59,048 bases of DNA from a virus (taxonomy: Duplodnaviria; Caudoviricetes), in IMG/VR virus record IMGVR_UViG_3300036845_000232, positions 1-59,048 of that record, one strand, 5' to 3'. The stretch's first letter is position 1. Each line of letters starts with the position of its first letter. Of the stretch, positions 35,196 through 44,166 are shown piece by piece. The position numbers and the translations under genes were made by a program. The notes beneath the pieces were generated by a model that saw only the letters and a list, made by a program, of their open reading frames with translations, was not told the origin of the DNA and did not search any database.

Positions 35196-36344
35196 ATGGC
35201 AGTCACCACTGTCTCCGCCAACAATAAACTCATCGTCTTCCGCAAGGAGGTGACGAGGGAGTACATCCGCCAGAACCTGTTCTCGCCCTACATCGGCTCG
35301 GAGATGACCGCGATCATTCGCGTCATCAATGACCTCAAGAACGGCGGCGAGCAGATCAACATTCCTCTGATTGCCCGCCTGAAGGCGCAGGCGATTGCGA
35401 CCGGCACGCTGGTCGGCAACGAGGAAGGGATCGACAACTACGGCGACCGTGCCTGGATCGACTGGGCGCGCAACGCCGTCAAGATCCCGAAGTCGGAAGA
35501 GCAGAAGTCCTCGATCGACCTGTTCGGGCAGGCTCGCCCGCTCTTGGAAGACTGGGGCAAGGAGCTGCAGCGCGACGAGATCATCGACGCGTTCTTCGCC
35601 ATCCCGCTCGACTCGACTGCTCCGGCCGGCCTCAACAGCCAGTTCGGCCAGCGCGTCAACGGCGCACTGTTCGATGCGGCGACCGCGGCCCAGCGCAACA
35701 CCTGGACCACCGACAACGCGGATCGCATCCTGTTCGGCGGCTCGCAGGGCAACCTGGTCGCCGGCAACTTCGCGTCTTCGTGCGCCAACATCACCGCCGG
35801 CATGACGCTGTCTGCCGCGGCGATCCTCAAGATGAAGCGGCTCGCCAAGAAGGCGAACCCGCGCATCCGGCCGTACAAGCTCAAGAACGGGCGGGAATAC
35901 TTCGTCCTGTTCGTCGGTCCGAACTGCTTCCGCGACCTGCAGAGCGACACGACCATCATCAACGCCAACACGCAGGCGCGCCCCCGCGAGGGCGACGGGC
36001 TCGACAAGAACCCGCTCTTCCAGGACGGCGATCTGCTCTACAACGGCATCATCATCCGGGAAATCCCGGAAATGGATGTGCGGTTGCCGGTGTTCTATAC
36101 GACCGCCGGGTCCGGAGCGATCCAGGTTTCCCCCACCTTCATGTGCGGCCAGTCCGCGCTCGCTTGGGTGTGGGGCCGCATGCCGCAGCCGACCTTCCTC
36201 AAAGAGGACGATTACCAGTTCTACCGCGGCGTCGGCGTGATGATGGCCTATGGCATGAAGAAGATCGCCAAGAAGAACCCCGCCGGCAACTACAAGGAAT
36301 GGGGCGTCTTCACCGGCTTCTTCGCGAGCCAGGCCGACACCTGA
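35196..36344 (+). CDS. Major capsid protein (N4-gp56/DUF4043-like)
   Basis: LVGNEE, RNAV, NPLFQDGDLLYNGIIIRE, EDDYQF..GV. Confidence 0.88.
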   Translation: MAVTTVSANNKLIVFRKEVTREYIRQNLFSPYIGSEMTAIIRVINDLKNGGEQINIPLIARLKAQAIATGTLVGNEEGIDNYGDRAWIDWARNAVKIPKSEEQKSSIDLFGQARPLLEDWGKELQRDEIIDAFFAIPLDSTAPAGLNSQFGQRVNGALFDAATAAQRNTWTTDNADRILFGGSQGNLVAGNFASSCANITAGMTLSAAAILKMKRLAKKANPRIRPYKLKNGREYFVLFVGPNCFRDLQSDTTIINANTQARPREGDGLDKNPLFQDGDLLYNGIIIREIPEMDVRLPVFYTTAGSGAIQVSPTFMCGQSALAWVWGRMPQPTFLKEDDYQFYRGVGVMMAYGMKKIAKKNPAGNYKEWGVFTGFFASQADT

Positions 36345-36360
36345 TCGCCTGATCTGAACT

Positions 36361-36490
36361 GAGCGCGCGCGGCCGGCTGGATGGGCCGGTCCGTGTCTGA
36401 CTTGGGGTTCGACTCCCCGCTGCCGGGGCTACGGCTACGCGAAAGCTATGTTCCGCGGTCCGCAGGATCGAAACCTGCCCGCGCGCGCTC
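36361..36490 (+). ncRNA. tRNA-like structured element with two T-loop hairpins
   Basis: 12-bp closing stem; GGGG-TTCGACT-CCCC and GCAGG-ATCGAAA-CCTGC. Confidence 0.65.
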
Positions 36491-36521
36491 TTCATCTCAA
36501 CATCCATCAAGGACACCTCCC

Positions 36522-37130
36522 ATGAAGCTCTTCCGCAACCTCGCGGCAGCGGCCGGCATCGCGCTGTCGATGCTCGGCGTCGCCGCCCTGACGCTGGCGC
36601 CGGTCGCCAACGCGCAGGTCATCACCTCGACTACGAACCCGCGGCAGGCGACGCCGCGCCAGTTCCAGACCCAGCAGACGCACTTCATCCGCGCCACGCT
36701 CAACTTCAATATGTGCGTGCAGTCGTCGAACGCGTGCACGGTCAAGCTCGCCAACGCGAGCCTGCCCTATAACTCGATCGTCAAGGCGGTGACGGCCTAC
36801 GTCTACACCGCCTTCAACTCCACCACCTCGGACGTGCTTATTCTCGGCACCACGTCGGCGAATGCGAACGAGATCGTCTCTTCGACGATGAATATCCATT
36901 CGCAGGCGACCGTGACGGGCACCGTGGTGGCGACTGCGTTCAACTCGACCGGCAACACGGTCGCGCAGTCCGGCACCAACGGCGGCCTCGATCTGTGGGT
37001 GAAATGGACGGCGGGCACCGGCAACACCGCGACCGCTGGTCTCGTCTCTCTGGTGATCGAGTATTTCCCGCCGATCGACGGGCTGTGCACGCCGAACATC
37101 GCGCAGGGCGCCGCACCCGCGGGCTGCTGA
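36522..37130 (+). CDS. Putative capsid decoration protein with Sec signal peptide
   Basis: MKLFRN-hydrophobic-ANA/Q; LPYNSIV..V..AFNS..L.LGT; follows the capsid gene. Confidence 0.7.
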   Translation: MKLFRNLAAAAGIALSMLGVAALTLAPVANAQVITSTTNPRQATPRQFQTQQTHFIRATLNFNMCVQSSNACTVKLANASLPYNSIVKAVTAYVYTAFNSTTSDVLILGTTSANANEIVSSTMNIHSQATVTGTVVATAFNSTGNTVAQSGTNGGLDLWVKWTAGTGNTATAGLVSLVIEYFPPIDGLCTPNIAQGAAPAGC

Positions 37131-37143
37131 TCGCCTCAACCTG

Positions 37144-37168
37144 AAAGGCCGGGGTGACCCGGCCTTTT
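37144..37168 (+). terminator. Rho-independent terminator
   Basis: AAAGGCCGGG-GTGA-CCCGGCCTTTT. Confidence 0.7.
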
Positions 37169-37241
37169 CTCACGACGTCGCTGCCGCCGACGGACGCGGC
37201 CCGGGCGGAACCGGGCAATCCCCTCATCAAAGGCAGCAGCC

Positions 37242-37928
37242 ATGTCCGTTTTTCGTCGCCTGTTCGTGGGCGAGCTCATTTTCGAATCCGCGCAAGACGG
37301 CGTCGTCGCCAAGGCCGGCGGCGGCCAGACCAACGCGTTCAATCTCGGCCCGACCGAGATGAACCGCATCACCACGGTCGCGACCGCGGGTGACAGCGTG
37401 AAACTGCCGCCGGCGCAGCCGGGGCTTGGGCTGATCGTGCTCAACCACGGCGCCAACCCGATGCAGGTGTTCGGCACCGAGGGCGACACCATCAACGATG
37501 TCGCGACCGCCACCGGCGTGTCGCAGATGGCGAACTCCTGGGTGTTCTACGGCTGCTTCACCGCAGGCGCCTGGTACACCGAAGGCCTTGCCTCGGGCTT
37601 TGCGTCGGGCTTCGCCACGTTCTCGGCGGTCGATAGCCTCACGGCACTCGCCGGCGGCGGCCAGGCGGGCGCGACCCCGATCACCCGCATGTACAACCGC
37701 TTCTCGACGGTCGCGACCGGCGGTGACAGCTCGCTCCTGCCGGTCTCCAAGTCCGGCATGGAGATCACCGTCACCAATGCGGGCGCGGCGTCGATGAACG
37801 TGTTCCCGGCGACCGGCGAGGCGATCAATGCGGGCGCGGCCAACGCCGCCTTCGCGGTCGCGGCCGGCAAGACGGCGACGTTCTACTGCGCCACCGCGGG
37901 GCAGTGGCACACGATCTTGTCGGCGTAA
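37242..37928 (+). CDS. Virion protein with two tandem ~105 aa domains
   Basis: AGGGQ...NR.TTVAT.GDS..LP...GA..M.VF..G..IN occurs twice. Confidence 0.75.
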   Translation: MSVFRRLFVGELIFESAQDGVVAKAGGGQTNAFNLGPTEMNRITTVATAGDSVKLPPAQPGLGLIVLNHGANPMQVFGTEGDTINDVATATGVSQMANSWVFYGCFTAGAWYTEGLASGFASGFATFSAVDSLTALAGGGQAGATPITRMYNRFSTVATGGDSSLLPVSKSGMEITVTNAGAASMNVFPATGEAINAGAANAAFAVAAGKTATFYCATAGQWHTILSA

Positions 37929-37966
37929 GCCAGACACCACCCTTTCGCCAACAGGAACACGCCACC

Positions 37967-38464
37967 ATGGCCAAGCTTGTCTATCAGCCGACGCCGGATG
38001 ATCCCGACGCGACCACGGTCGCCGGCCTCACCTTCGCGGCCTACGAGCCGACTGAACTCGACGACGGCACCCAAGCCGACCTCATCGCCAAACTCAAGCG
38101 CAATCCCTGGTTCGCGCTCGACGTGCCGGATCAGGCCCGCTTCCTGAAATGGAAGTCGGTGCGCGACGCACAGAACCAGGCAGCCTCGCATCGGGCGGCC
38201 GCCGACCATCTCGATGCCAACCCGGAAGCGGCTGCGGCACATGCCGATGCGGCGTACTCGCAGGCGGATAGCGTCCTCGCCGACGCTCGCGCCCGGGCCG
38301 CAACCGCCATCGCGCAGGCGCACGAACTCGTCGCCCGCGCGCAGGCCGAGGCGGATGCGATCCTCGCCAATGCACACGCGGAGGCCGACGCGATCAAGGC
38401 TGTGGCCGGCGCGCCCGCACCGCAGGCCAATCAGACCAGCACCCAGGCGGGCGGCAACGCCTGA
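37967..38464 (+). CDS. Hypothetical protein (Ala-rich C-terminus)
   Basis: AGGA RBS; LIAKLKRNPWF. Confidence 0.7.
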   Translation: MAKLVYQPTPDDPDATTVAGLTFAAYEPTELDDGTQADLIAKLKRNPWFALDVPDQARFLKWKSVRDAQNQAASHRAAADHLDANPEAAAAHADAAYSQADSVLADARARAATAIAQAHELVARAQAEADAILANAHAEADAIKAVAGAPAPQANQTSTQAGGNA

Positions 38465-38472
38465 CGTGCTGC

Positions 38473-38528
38473 GCGCCGGGCCGCGGCCCGTAAAGCCTAA
38501 TGCGCCCGTAAAGCGCACGGCCCGGCGC
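38473..38528 (+). ncRNA. Three-way junction with two identical CCGTAAA loops
   Basis: 11-bp perfect outer stem enclosing two hairpins. Confidence 0.6.
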
Positions 38529-38562
38529 AACCCTCTTTCCCTCTCGCCGCATGAGGACCGAC

Positions 38563-39105
38563 ATGGCCAAGACGCAAGGGGCGCCCACGAGCGCGCCGGA
38601 CGATAAGCCGACGAAAAAGACCACCGCGGAGCTGATCTACCATCCCGAGGAAGGCGACCCGGCGAAGACGATGTGGGGCGGCATCCGCTTCCTCGCCAAC
38701 GTGCCGACGCCGGTGGCGCTCACCCACTGCATCACGGTTCCGATCCGCAAGGAGACGGTGCTGCCCGACGGCACGATGCAGTCGAAGAACGTGGAGACGC
38801 GCGTCTCCCTGGTCGAGCTCGCGCGCAACAACCCGCATTTCTCGGTCGACGGCGAGCGCGCGCAGCGCAAGACCGCATCCGCCCGCCAGCCGACCGATCC
38901 CGACACCTATCGCGGCTATGCGGTGGGCTGGATTTCGACGTCGACCTCCGCGCGCGAGATGGATGCGCGCTGGGAGGCGGAAGCGAGCCTGCGCGATAAA
39001 TGCGGTCTCGAGCAGCGCGATATCGCGTGGCTGATGCCGTTCTTCGAGGCGAACCGCGAGCGCGCCGCGGAGGCCGACAACATGGGCGGCGTGCGCGCAG
39101 CCTGA
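38563..39105 (+). CDS. Hypothetical protein
   Basis: GAGGA RBS; WGGIRF..N.P, ARNNPHFSV. Confidence 0.7.
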   Translation: MAKTQGAPTSAPDDKPTKKTTAELIYHPEEGDPAKTMWGGIRFLANVPTPVALTHCITVPIRKETVLPDGTMQSKNVETRVSLVELARNNPHFSVDGERAQRKTASARQPTDPDTYRGYAVGWISTSTSAREMDARWEAEASLRDKCGLEQRDIAWLMPFFEANRERAAEADNMGGVRAA

Positions 39106-39119
39106 TCTGAGCACTCGCC

Positions 39120-39503
39120 ATGGCCGGGCAGTATCGCACCTCGCAGGACCTCGTTACCGAGGTCCTCGCCAATCTGGGCGTGTTATCGCCCGGCCAGAAC
39201 GTCGAGCCGGAAGACTTCAACTACGTCTCCGAGCTGCTCGATCCGATCGTGCGTAAGCTCGCGGCGCTCGAGATCGTCTACATCCCCGACGTCGACAACA
39301 TCCCGGGCGCCTTCTTCAAGGACTTGGCGGACATCGTTGCCGGCGAGTGCGCCAACAAGTTCGGCGCGACGCCGGATGATGCGGTGAAGCTAGTGGCCGC
39401 CGGGCTCGGCAAGCCTGTGGGCTCTGGCACGGCGGCCATGTCGTTGAAGCAGATGCAGCGCGGTCGGCCCACCGGCGAAGTGCAGCCGAGCGAGTATTTC
39501 TGA
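39120..39503 (+). CDS. Head-tail adaptor (P22 gp4-like)
   Basis: TSQDLVTEVLANLGVLSPGQ; size and position before the gp10-like gene. Confidence 0.65.
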   Translation: MAGQYRTSQDLVTEVLANLGVLSPGQNVEPEDFNYVSELLDPIVRKLAALEIVYIPDVDNIPGAFFKDLADIVAGECANKFGATPDDAVKLVAAGLGKPVGSGTAAMSLKQMQRGRPTGEVQPSEYF

Positions 39504-41233
39504 TGGGGACCGGCAAGCCGACGCCGATCCCGTGGCCGCTGTCGTCGTTCCCGGGCGCCAACCCGCAGGAGGGCTCCGGCCGGCTCATCAACTGCTACGT
39601 CGAGCCGGTCGGCGATCCGGCGCTGCCGACCGGGCCATCCCGGTTTCTCTGGCGCCGCTCGCCCGGGCTCACGCAATTCGCCACCACGGCGGAGGCCGCC
39701 AACACCTATCGCGGCGGGCTCATCGTCAACAACCTCTCCTATGAGGTGTGGGCGAACGTCTACACGGCGACCAGCGCGGGGGTGATGACGTCGCTCGGCG
39801 CGCTCGCTGGCACCAAGAAAGTCTCGATCGCGCGCAACCAGGCCGCGGCGCCCGACGTGGTCGCCGTCGATATCGACAACGGCGCGTTTCTCTTCACCGC
39901 GGCCGGCGTCCCGGCGGCGCCGGGCTCCTACAACGGCGGCGGCAACCTTCCCCAGCCCAATTCCGTCTGCTTCCAGGACGGCTATTTCTTCTACACCATC
40001 GGCGACGGCCGCTGCTTTGCCTCTCCGTTGAACTCGGTCGGCACCATCAACACGCAGACCTTCATCACCTGCCAGGCCAAGTCCGACGTCAGCCTGTTTC
40101 GCGGCATTCCCTATTCTGGCCTGCTCTGGCTCTTCACCTCGGGCGACTGCGAAATCTGGCAGGATGCGGCCGGCGTCGCCCCCGCCTTTCCCTACGCCCG
40201 CATGTTCGTGCTCGAGTATGGGCTGATCCAGCCCAATGCCATCGCGGGCTGGGAGACCGGGTTCTCCGAACTGATCTGGGTGGCGCAGGACTTCGGGGTC
40301 TACTGGAATACGCCGGGCACGTTCGCGCCGATCAAGGTGAGCCCGCCCGATCTCGACCGCCTGATCGAAGCGGAGGCGAGGGCTGGCCACAACATCGAGG
40401 CTTCCTGCTACGCCTTCGCGGGTCGGAAATTCTGGGTGCTCGATACCCCGTCGTGGACCTGGGAATTCAACCTCTCGACCAAGAAGTGGAACGAGCGGTT
40501 CTCGCTCGCCACCACGGGCCTGCAAGGCCGCTGGCGCGCCTCGGGCGCACATCCGGCATTCGGAAAATGGCTCGTAGGCGACCGCCAGAGCGGCAATCTG
40601 CTCTTCGTCGACAGCCAGAACTACACCGAGAACTTCTCCCCGCAGCTCTTCCGCATGGAAAGCGGCCCGGTGAAGGACTTCCCGCAGTCGCTGCGCATCG
40701 CGCGCGCCGACTTCGATTTCGACACCGGGGTGGGGCAGAACGTCGGCAACGTCACCACCCAGGTCACAGGTGCTGCAGCGGGCACCGGCGGCGTGATCCG
40801 CCTCGCGGTCAAGCAGACCGGCGGCATGACCACGAACGATATCGTCAACGTCTCGGGCGTCACCGGGACGACGGAAGCGAATGCCGGCTGGCCGGTCACG
40901 GTGGTCGACGGCACCCACCTCGAGCTGCAGGGCTCGGTTTTCGTGCATGCCTATGTGTCGGGCGGCACCGTGGTGGACGTGACGGCGCCACCGAACGTGA
41001 TCGATCCGACCATTGCGGTGTCCTGCTCGAAGAACGGCGGGCGCAGCTACGACAATCCGTCGACCCGCAGCCTCGGGCAGCAGAACAAGGTTCGCCGCAC
41101 CCGCATCTCGGTGAAGAACCGCGGCCTCTCCGGCCCGATCGGGGATCGCTGGCGCATCGAGGCGAGCGATCCGGTGCCGCTGGTGTTCTTCGGCGCAACG
41201 CAATCGAGCGATCCGCGCGAAGTCGGGGCGTAA
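39503..41233 (+). CDS. Tail hub / packaged-DNA stabilisation protein (P22 gp10-like)
   Basis: RLINCY.E, RSPGL, FQDGYF, EIWQD.G...FP, TWEF....KKWNER. Confidence 0.8.
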   Translation: MGTGKPTPIPWPLSSFPGANPQEGSGRLINCYVEPVGDPALPTGPSRFLWRRSPGLTQFATTAEAANTYRGGLIVNNLSYEVWANVYTATSAGVMTSLGALAGTKKVSIARNQAAAPDVVAVDIDNGAFLFTAAGVPAAPGSYNGGGNLPQPNSVCFQDGYFFYTIGDGRCFASPLNSVGTINTQTFITCQAKSDVSLFRGIPYSGLLWLFTSGDCEIWQDAAGVAPAFPYARMFVLEYGLIQPNAIAGWETGFSELIWVAQDFGVYWNTPGTFAPIKVSPPDLDRLIEAEARAGHNIEASCYAFAGRKFWVLDTPSWTWEFNLSTKKWNERFSLATTGLQGRWRASGAHPAFGKWLVGDRQSGNLLFVDSQNYTENFSPQLFRMESGPVKDFPQSLRIARADFDFDTGVGQNVGNVTTQVTGAAAGTGGVIRLAVKQTGGMTTNDIVNVSGVTGTTEANAGWPVTVVDGTHLELQGSVFVHAYVSGGTVVDVTAPPNVIDPTIAVSCSKNGGRSYDNPSTRSLGQQNKVRRTRISVKNRGLSGPIGDRWRIEASDPVPLVFFGATQSSDPREVGA

Positions 41234-41803
41234 ATGGCGACGTCTGCCCCCGCGATCCGCCCGCTGCCGCCGGCCAACACGGCGCTCACGGCCGGCGGGG
41301 GAACCCATAGCGTCGGCCCAGGCTATCAGGGCACGGCGCAGAGCAATGGCAACCCGACCGCGCCGGGCCAGATCAGCCAGGTCTATGCGCAGTATCTCGG
41401 CTCGCTCGACAGCTTCATCCGCGGGGGAAACTTTCCCGCCGTCTCGGTCAACGGCAATGCGGTGCTCACCGTCGTGGGCGGGCAGACCCTCACCGGCGGG
41501 TTCACCGAGACGCCGTTCGACTTCGGCACGGTTACGACAGGCACGATCACGCCGAACCCGTCGAAGTGCCTCAAGCAGAAGGTGACGAACAACGGCGCGT
41601 TCACGATCGCGGCTACCGCGGAGGTGGGCGATCTGGAGCTCCTGGTGACGAACGCGGCGGGCGCGGGCGCCATCACGCTGTCCGGCTTCACCAAGCAGTT
41701 CACCGGCGACGCCTTCGACACCACGAACGGGCACAAGTTCGTCGTCTTCATCTATGCGTTCGATGCCGGTGTGACGGGCGTGCTGGTGAAGGCATTGCAG
41801 TGA
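41234..41803 (+). CDS. Tail needle/fibre-like protein
   Basis: Follows the gp10-like gene; Gly/Thr-rich. Confidence 0.6.
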   Translation: MATSAPAIRPLPPANTALTAGGGTHSVGPGYQGTAQSNGNPTAPGQISQVYAQYLGSLDSFIRGGNFPAVSVNGNAVLTVVGGQTLTGGFTETPFDFGTVTTGTITPNPSKCLKQKVTNNGAFTIAATAEVGDLELLVTNAAGAGAITLSGFTKQFTGDAFDTTNGHKFVVFIYAFDAGVTGVLVKALQ

Positions 41804-42429
41804 GCTTCGGGGCGCCGTTTCCGCCCGGCGGCCCGGTCACGGGCGGCTTCGTGTCGTCGGGCCAAGTCATCGGCTCCGGCACCGTCGCCGGCCTCTCGTT
41901 CGGGGCGATCTCCGCCGATCGCTACCTCGTCGCCGTGGTCGGCGGCATCTATGGCGGCGGCGGATCGATCACCGGCGTCACCATCGGCGGGGTCGCGGCG
42001 ACGATCGTCGCCACCCAGATCAATGCCACGGTCGACGCCGTCATCGCCATCGCGGCGGTGCCTGCGGGCGCCTCCGGCAGCGTCGTCGTTACCGGCCCGA
42101 CATTCGCCGGCGGCGGCACGCAGGTCTTTCTCTACGCGCTCTACGGTGTCGGCAGCGCGACGCCGGTGGCGACCGCGAATTCTGCCGCGAACCCGTCGTC
42201 GCTGCCGCTCAATGGCCTTCCCGGCGGGTCGTTCGCCATCGCCGGCTCGGAAGTGTTCGGCACCATCAATTCGTGGACGAACGCGACGCAGGACAGCCTG
42301 CTCACGCAAAGCGGCAGCGAGCGCGGCGCATCGGCGAGCGCCTCCAACCAGTCCGGCAACATCGCAATCGCTTCAAGCATGACGCCATCGGCGGGCGGCC
42401 CGGCCTCGGTCGCAGCGGCATGGCGATAG
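41800..42429 (+). CDS. Putative tail-associated beta protein
   Basis: GTG coupled start; ADRYLVAVV..ITGVTIGGVAAT. Confidence 0.65.
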   Translation: MSFGAPFPPGGPVTGGFVSSGQVIGSGTVAGLSFGAISADRYLVAVVGGIYGGGGSITGVTIGGVAATIVATQINATVDAVIAIAAVPAGASGSVVVTGPTFAGGGTQVFLYALYGVGSATPVATANSAANPSSLPLNGLPGGSFAIAGSEVFGTINSWTNATQDSLLTQSGSERGASASASNQSGNIAIASSMTPSAGGPASVAAAWR

Positions 42430-42467
42430 GCCTTGCAAGGAATCGCACGCGATATCACAATCGGTTT

Positions 42468-42980
42468 GTGAGCGCCCCTAAACCATTGCCGGACCTTGCG
42501 CGGCTGAGACATTTGTTCTCCTACGATCCGGAGACTGGCGACCTCACGCGCAGAGTAGCATGTGGTCAGCGCGGCCGGGCCGGCGCGATTGTCGGCACCC
42601 TGAACGAGCCGGGCGGATATCTTCGCGTCGTGGTCGACGCGTCGAGTTACTACGTCCACTGCATCATTTGGAAAATGATGAAGGGCCGAGACCCGGCTGT
42701 CATGGTCGACCACGAGGACGGAAATAAACTCAACAATCGCTGGACGAACCTTCGTCTTGCGACGAACGGCGAGAACATCTGCAACAGCCGCCTACGTCGC
42801 GATAACCGCAGCGGCGTAAAGGGCGTGATCTGGGAAGCTGATCGCGAGCGTTGGCTGGCCTACATCACCGTCAACGGGCGCAATACCAAGATCGGCCGCT
42901 TCGAGTCGCTCGCCAAGGCCAAGGGCGCGATCATCGCCGCTCGCATCCGCCTTCACGGCGAATTCTCGCGCGTCGCCTAA
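42468..42980 (+). CDS. HNH-AP2 homing endonuclease
   Basis: YDPETG, VDHEDGNKLNNRWTNLRLAT, NRSGVKGV.W...W.A.I, HGEF; upstream TTGCAA-17-CACAAT. Confidence 0.9.
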   Translation: MSAPKPLPDLARLRHLFSYDPETGDLTRRVACGQRGRAGAIVGTLNEPGGYLRVVVDASSYYVHCIIWKMMKGRDPAVMVDHEDGNKLNNRWTNLRLATNGENICNSRLRRDNRSGVKGVIWEADRERWLAYITVNGRNTKIGRFESLAKAKGAIIAARIRLHGEFSRVA

Positions 42981-43037
42981 AGCGCGCGCAATTCACCTAC
43001 ATCGCTAACCTGTGCCGCCACCCAACGGGAGGCTCCC

Positions 43038-43691
43038 ATCGGCATTTTTGATGGCGTATTCAACACCGTGCCGCAGCAGAAGGCGGCGGCGGATCAGACG
43101 GCCGGCATTTCGCAGGGCTACGGCCAGCTTTCCGACCTCGCCAATCAGGGCCGCGGCGCGCTCACCACCAACTTCGCCGCCGGCCTGCAGCCGTTCCAAC
43201 AGAATTACGACGCGGCGAGCGCGGGCCAGACCGCCTACGGCAACGCCACCGGCGTCAATGGGCCCCAGGGAAGCGCGGCCGCGCTACAGGCGTTCCAGAA
43301 TTCCAACCCAGGCTATCAGTTTCAGCTCCAGCAGGGCGAGAACGCGATCCTCGCCAACCAGGCGAAGACCGGCCAGCTCAATTCCGGCAACACCAACCTG
43401 GATCTACAGACCTACGGCCAGGGCCTCGCCAACCAGTCCTACAATCAGTACGTCCAGAACCTGCTGCCCTACCTCGGCGCATCGAACTCGGCCGCACAAG
43501 GCGTGGGCTCGCTCTATTCCAACCTCGGCACCAATCTCAACAACTCGTTCAGCCAGCAGGGCAACGCCGCCTACGGGGCGAACGCCTCGATCGGCAATGC
43601 CAATGCGAACGCCGATCTCGCGCAGTCGGGCGTGAACGCAAACATTCTCGGTACAGGCGTCGGCGCCGCGAAGGCGCTGTTCTCGATCTAG
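43038..43691 (+). CDS. DNA ejection protein (P22 gp7-like), ATC start
   Basis: NPGYQFQLQQG, SGNT...L..YGQGLA; GGGAGG RBS before ATC-GGC-ATT-TTT-GAT. Confidence 0.75.
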   Translation: MGIFDGVFNTVPQQKAAADQTAGISQGYGQLSDLANQGRGALTTNFAAGLQPFQQNYDAASAGQTAYGNATGVNGPQGSAAALQAFQNSNPGYQFQLQQGENAILANQAKTGQLNSGNTNLDLQTYGQGLANQSYNQYVQNLLPYLGASNSAAQGVGSLYSNLGTNLNNSFSQQGNAAYGANASIGNANANADLAQSGVNANILGTGVGAAKALFSI

Positions 43692-43701
43692 GGGCTTAAC
43701 G

Positions 43702-44157
43702 ATGGCCGACAACAATCCATACCTGACCGTCGGCGCACCGAGCTATGCGAGCCCGCTGGTCAATCTGTTCGGGCCGCAGCAAGGCCAAGGCCAGCCGCAG
43801 CCCGGCCAGCCGCAGCAGGGCGGCCAGCCCCCGCAGCAGCAGGGGGCAAGTCAGCAATACGGACAGCAACTCGGCGCCGTGCTGTCGAAGCTGTTCGGGC
43901 TCGGGCCGATGCAGGGGCAGGCGCCCGCTGGCCGCCCACAAATGACCGTCGCAAATCCGCCGGATGTCGACGCGGCGATGCCATGGACGAGAGCCGCGAA
44001 CAATTTCCAGCTTTCTGCCAACCGGCAGGGCGCCTTGGATGCATATCGCAATCTCAACGATCCGACCTTGCGCCGTAGCGATGCCAATGACGCCCTGGCG
44101 ATCTCGGACGCCGTAAGAGGCGGTGTCGCTCCGGGGCCAAAAGGCTTTGGCTACTGA
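43702..44157 (+). CDS. Gln/Gly-rich putative ejection-associated protein
   Basis: 151 aa between ejection genes. Confidence 0.6.
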   Translation: MADNNPYLTVGAPSYASPLVNLFGPQQGQGQPQPGQPQQGGQPPQQQGASQQYGQQLGAVLSKLFGLGPMQGQAPAGRPQMTVANPPDVDAAMPWTRAANNFQLSANRQGALDAYRNLNDPTLRRSDANDALAISDAVRGGVAPGPKGFGY

Positions 44158-44166
44158 GGGTCACGC

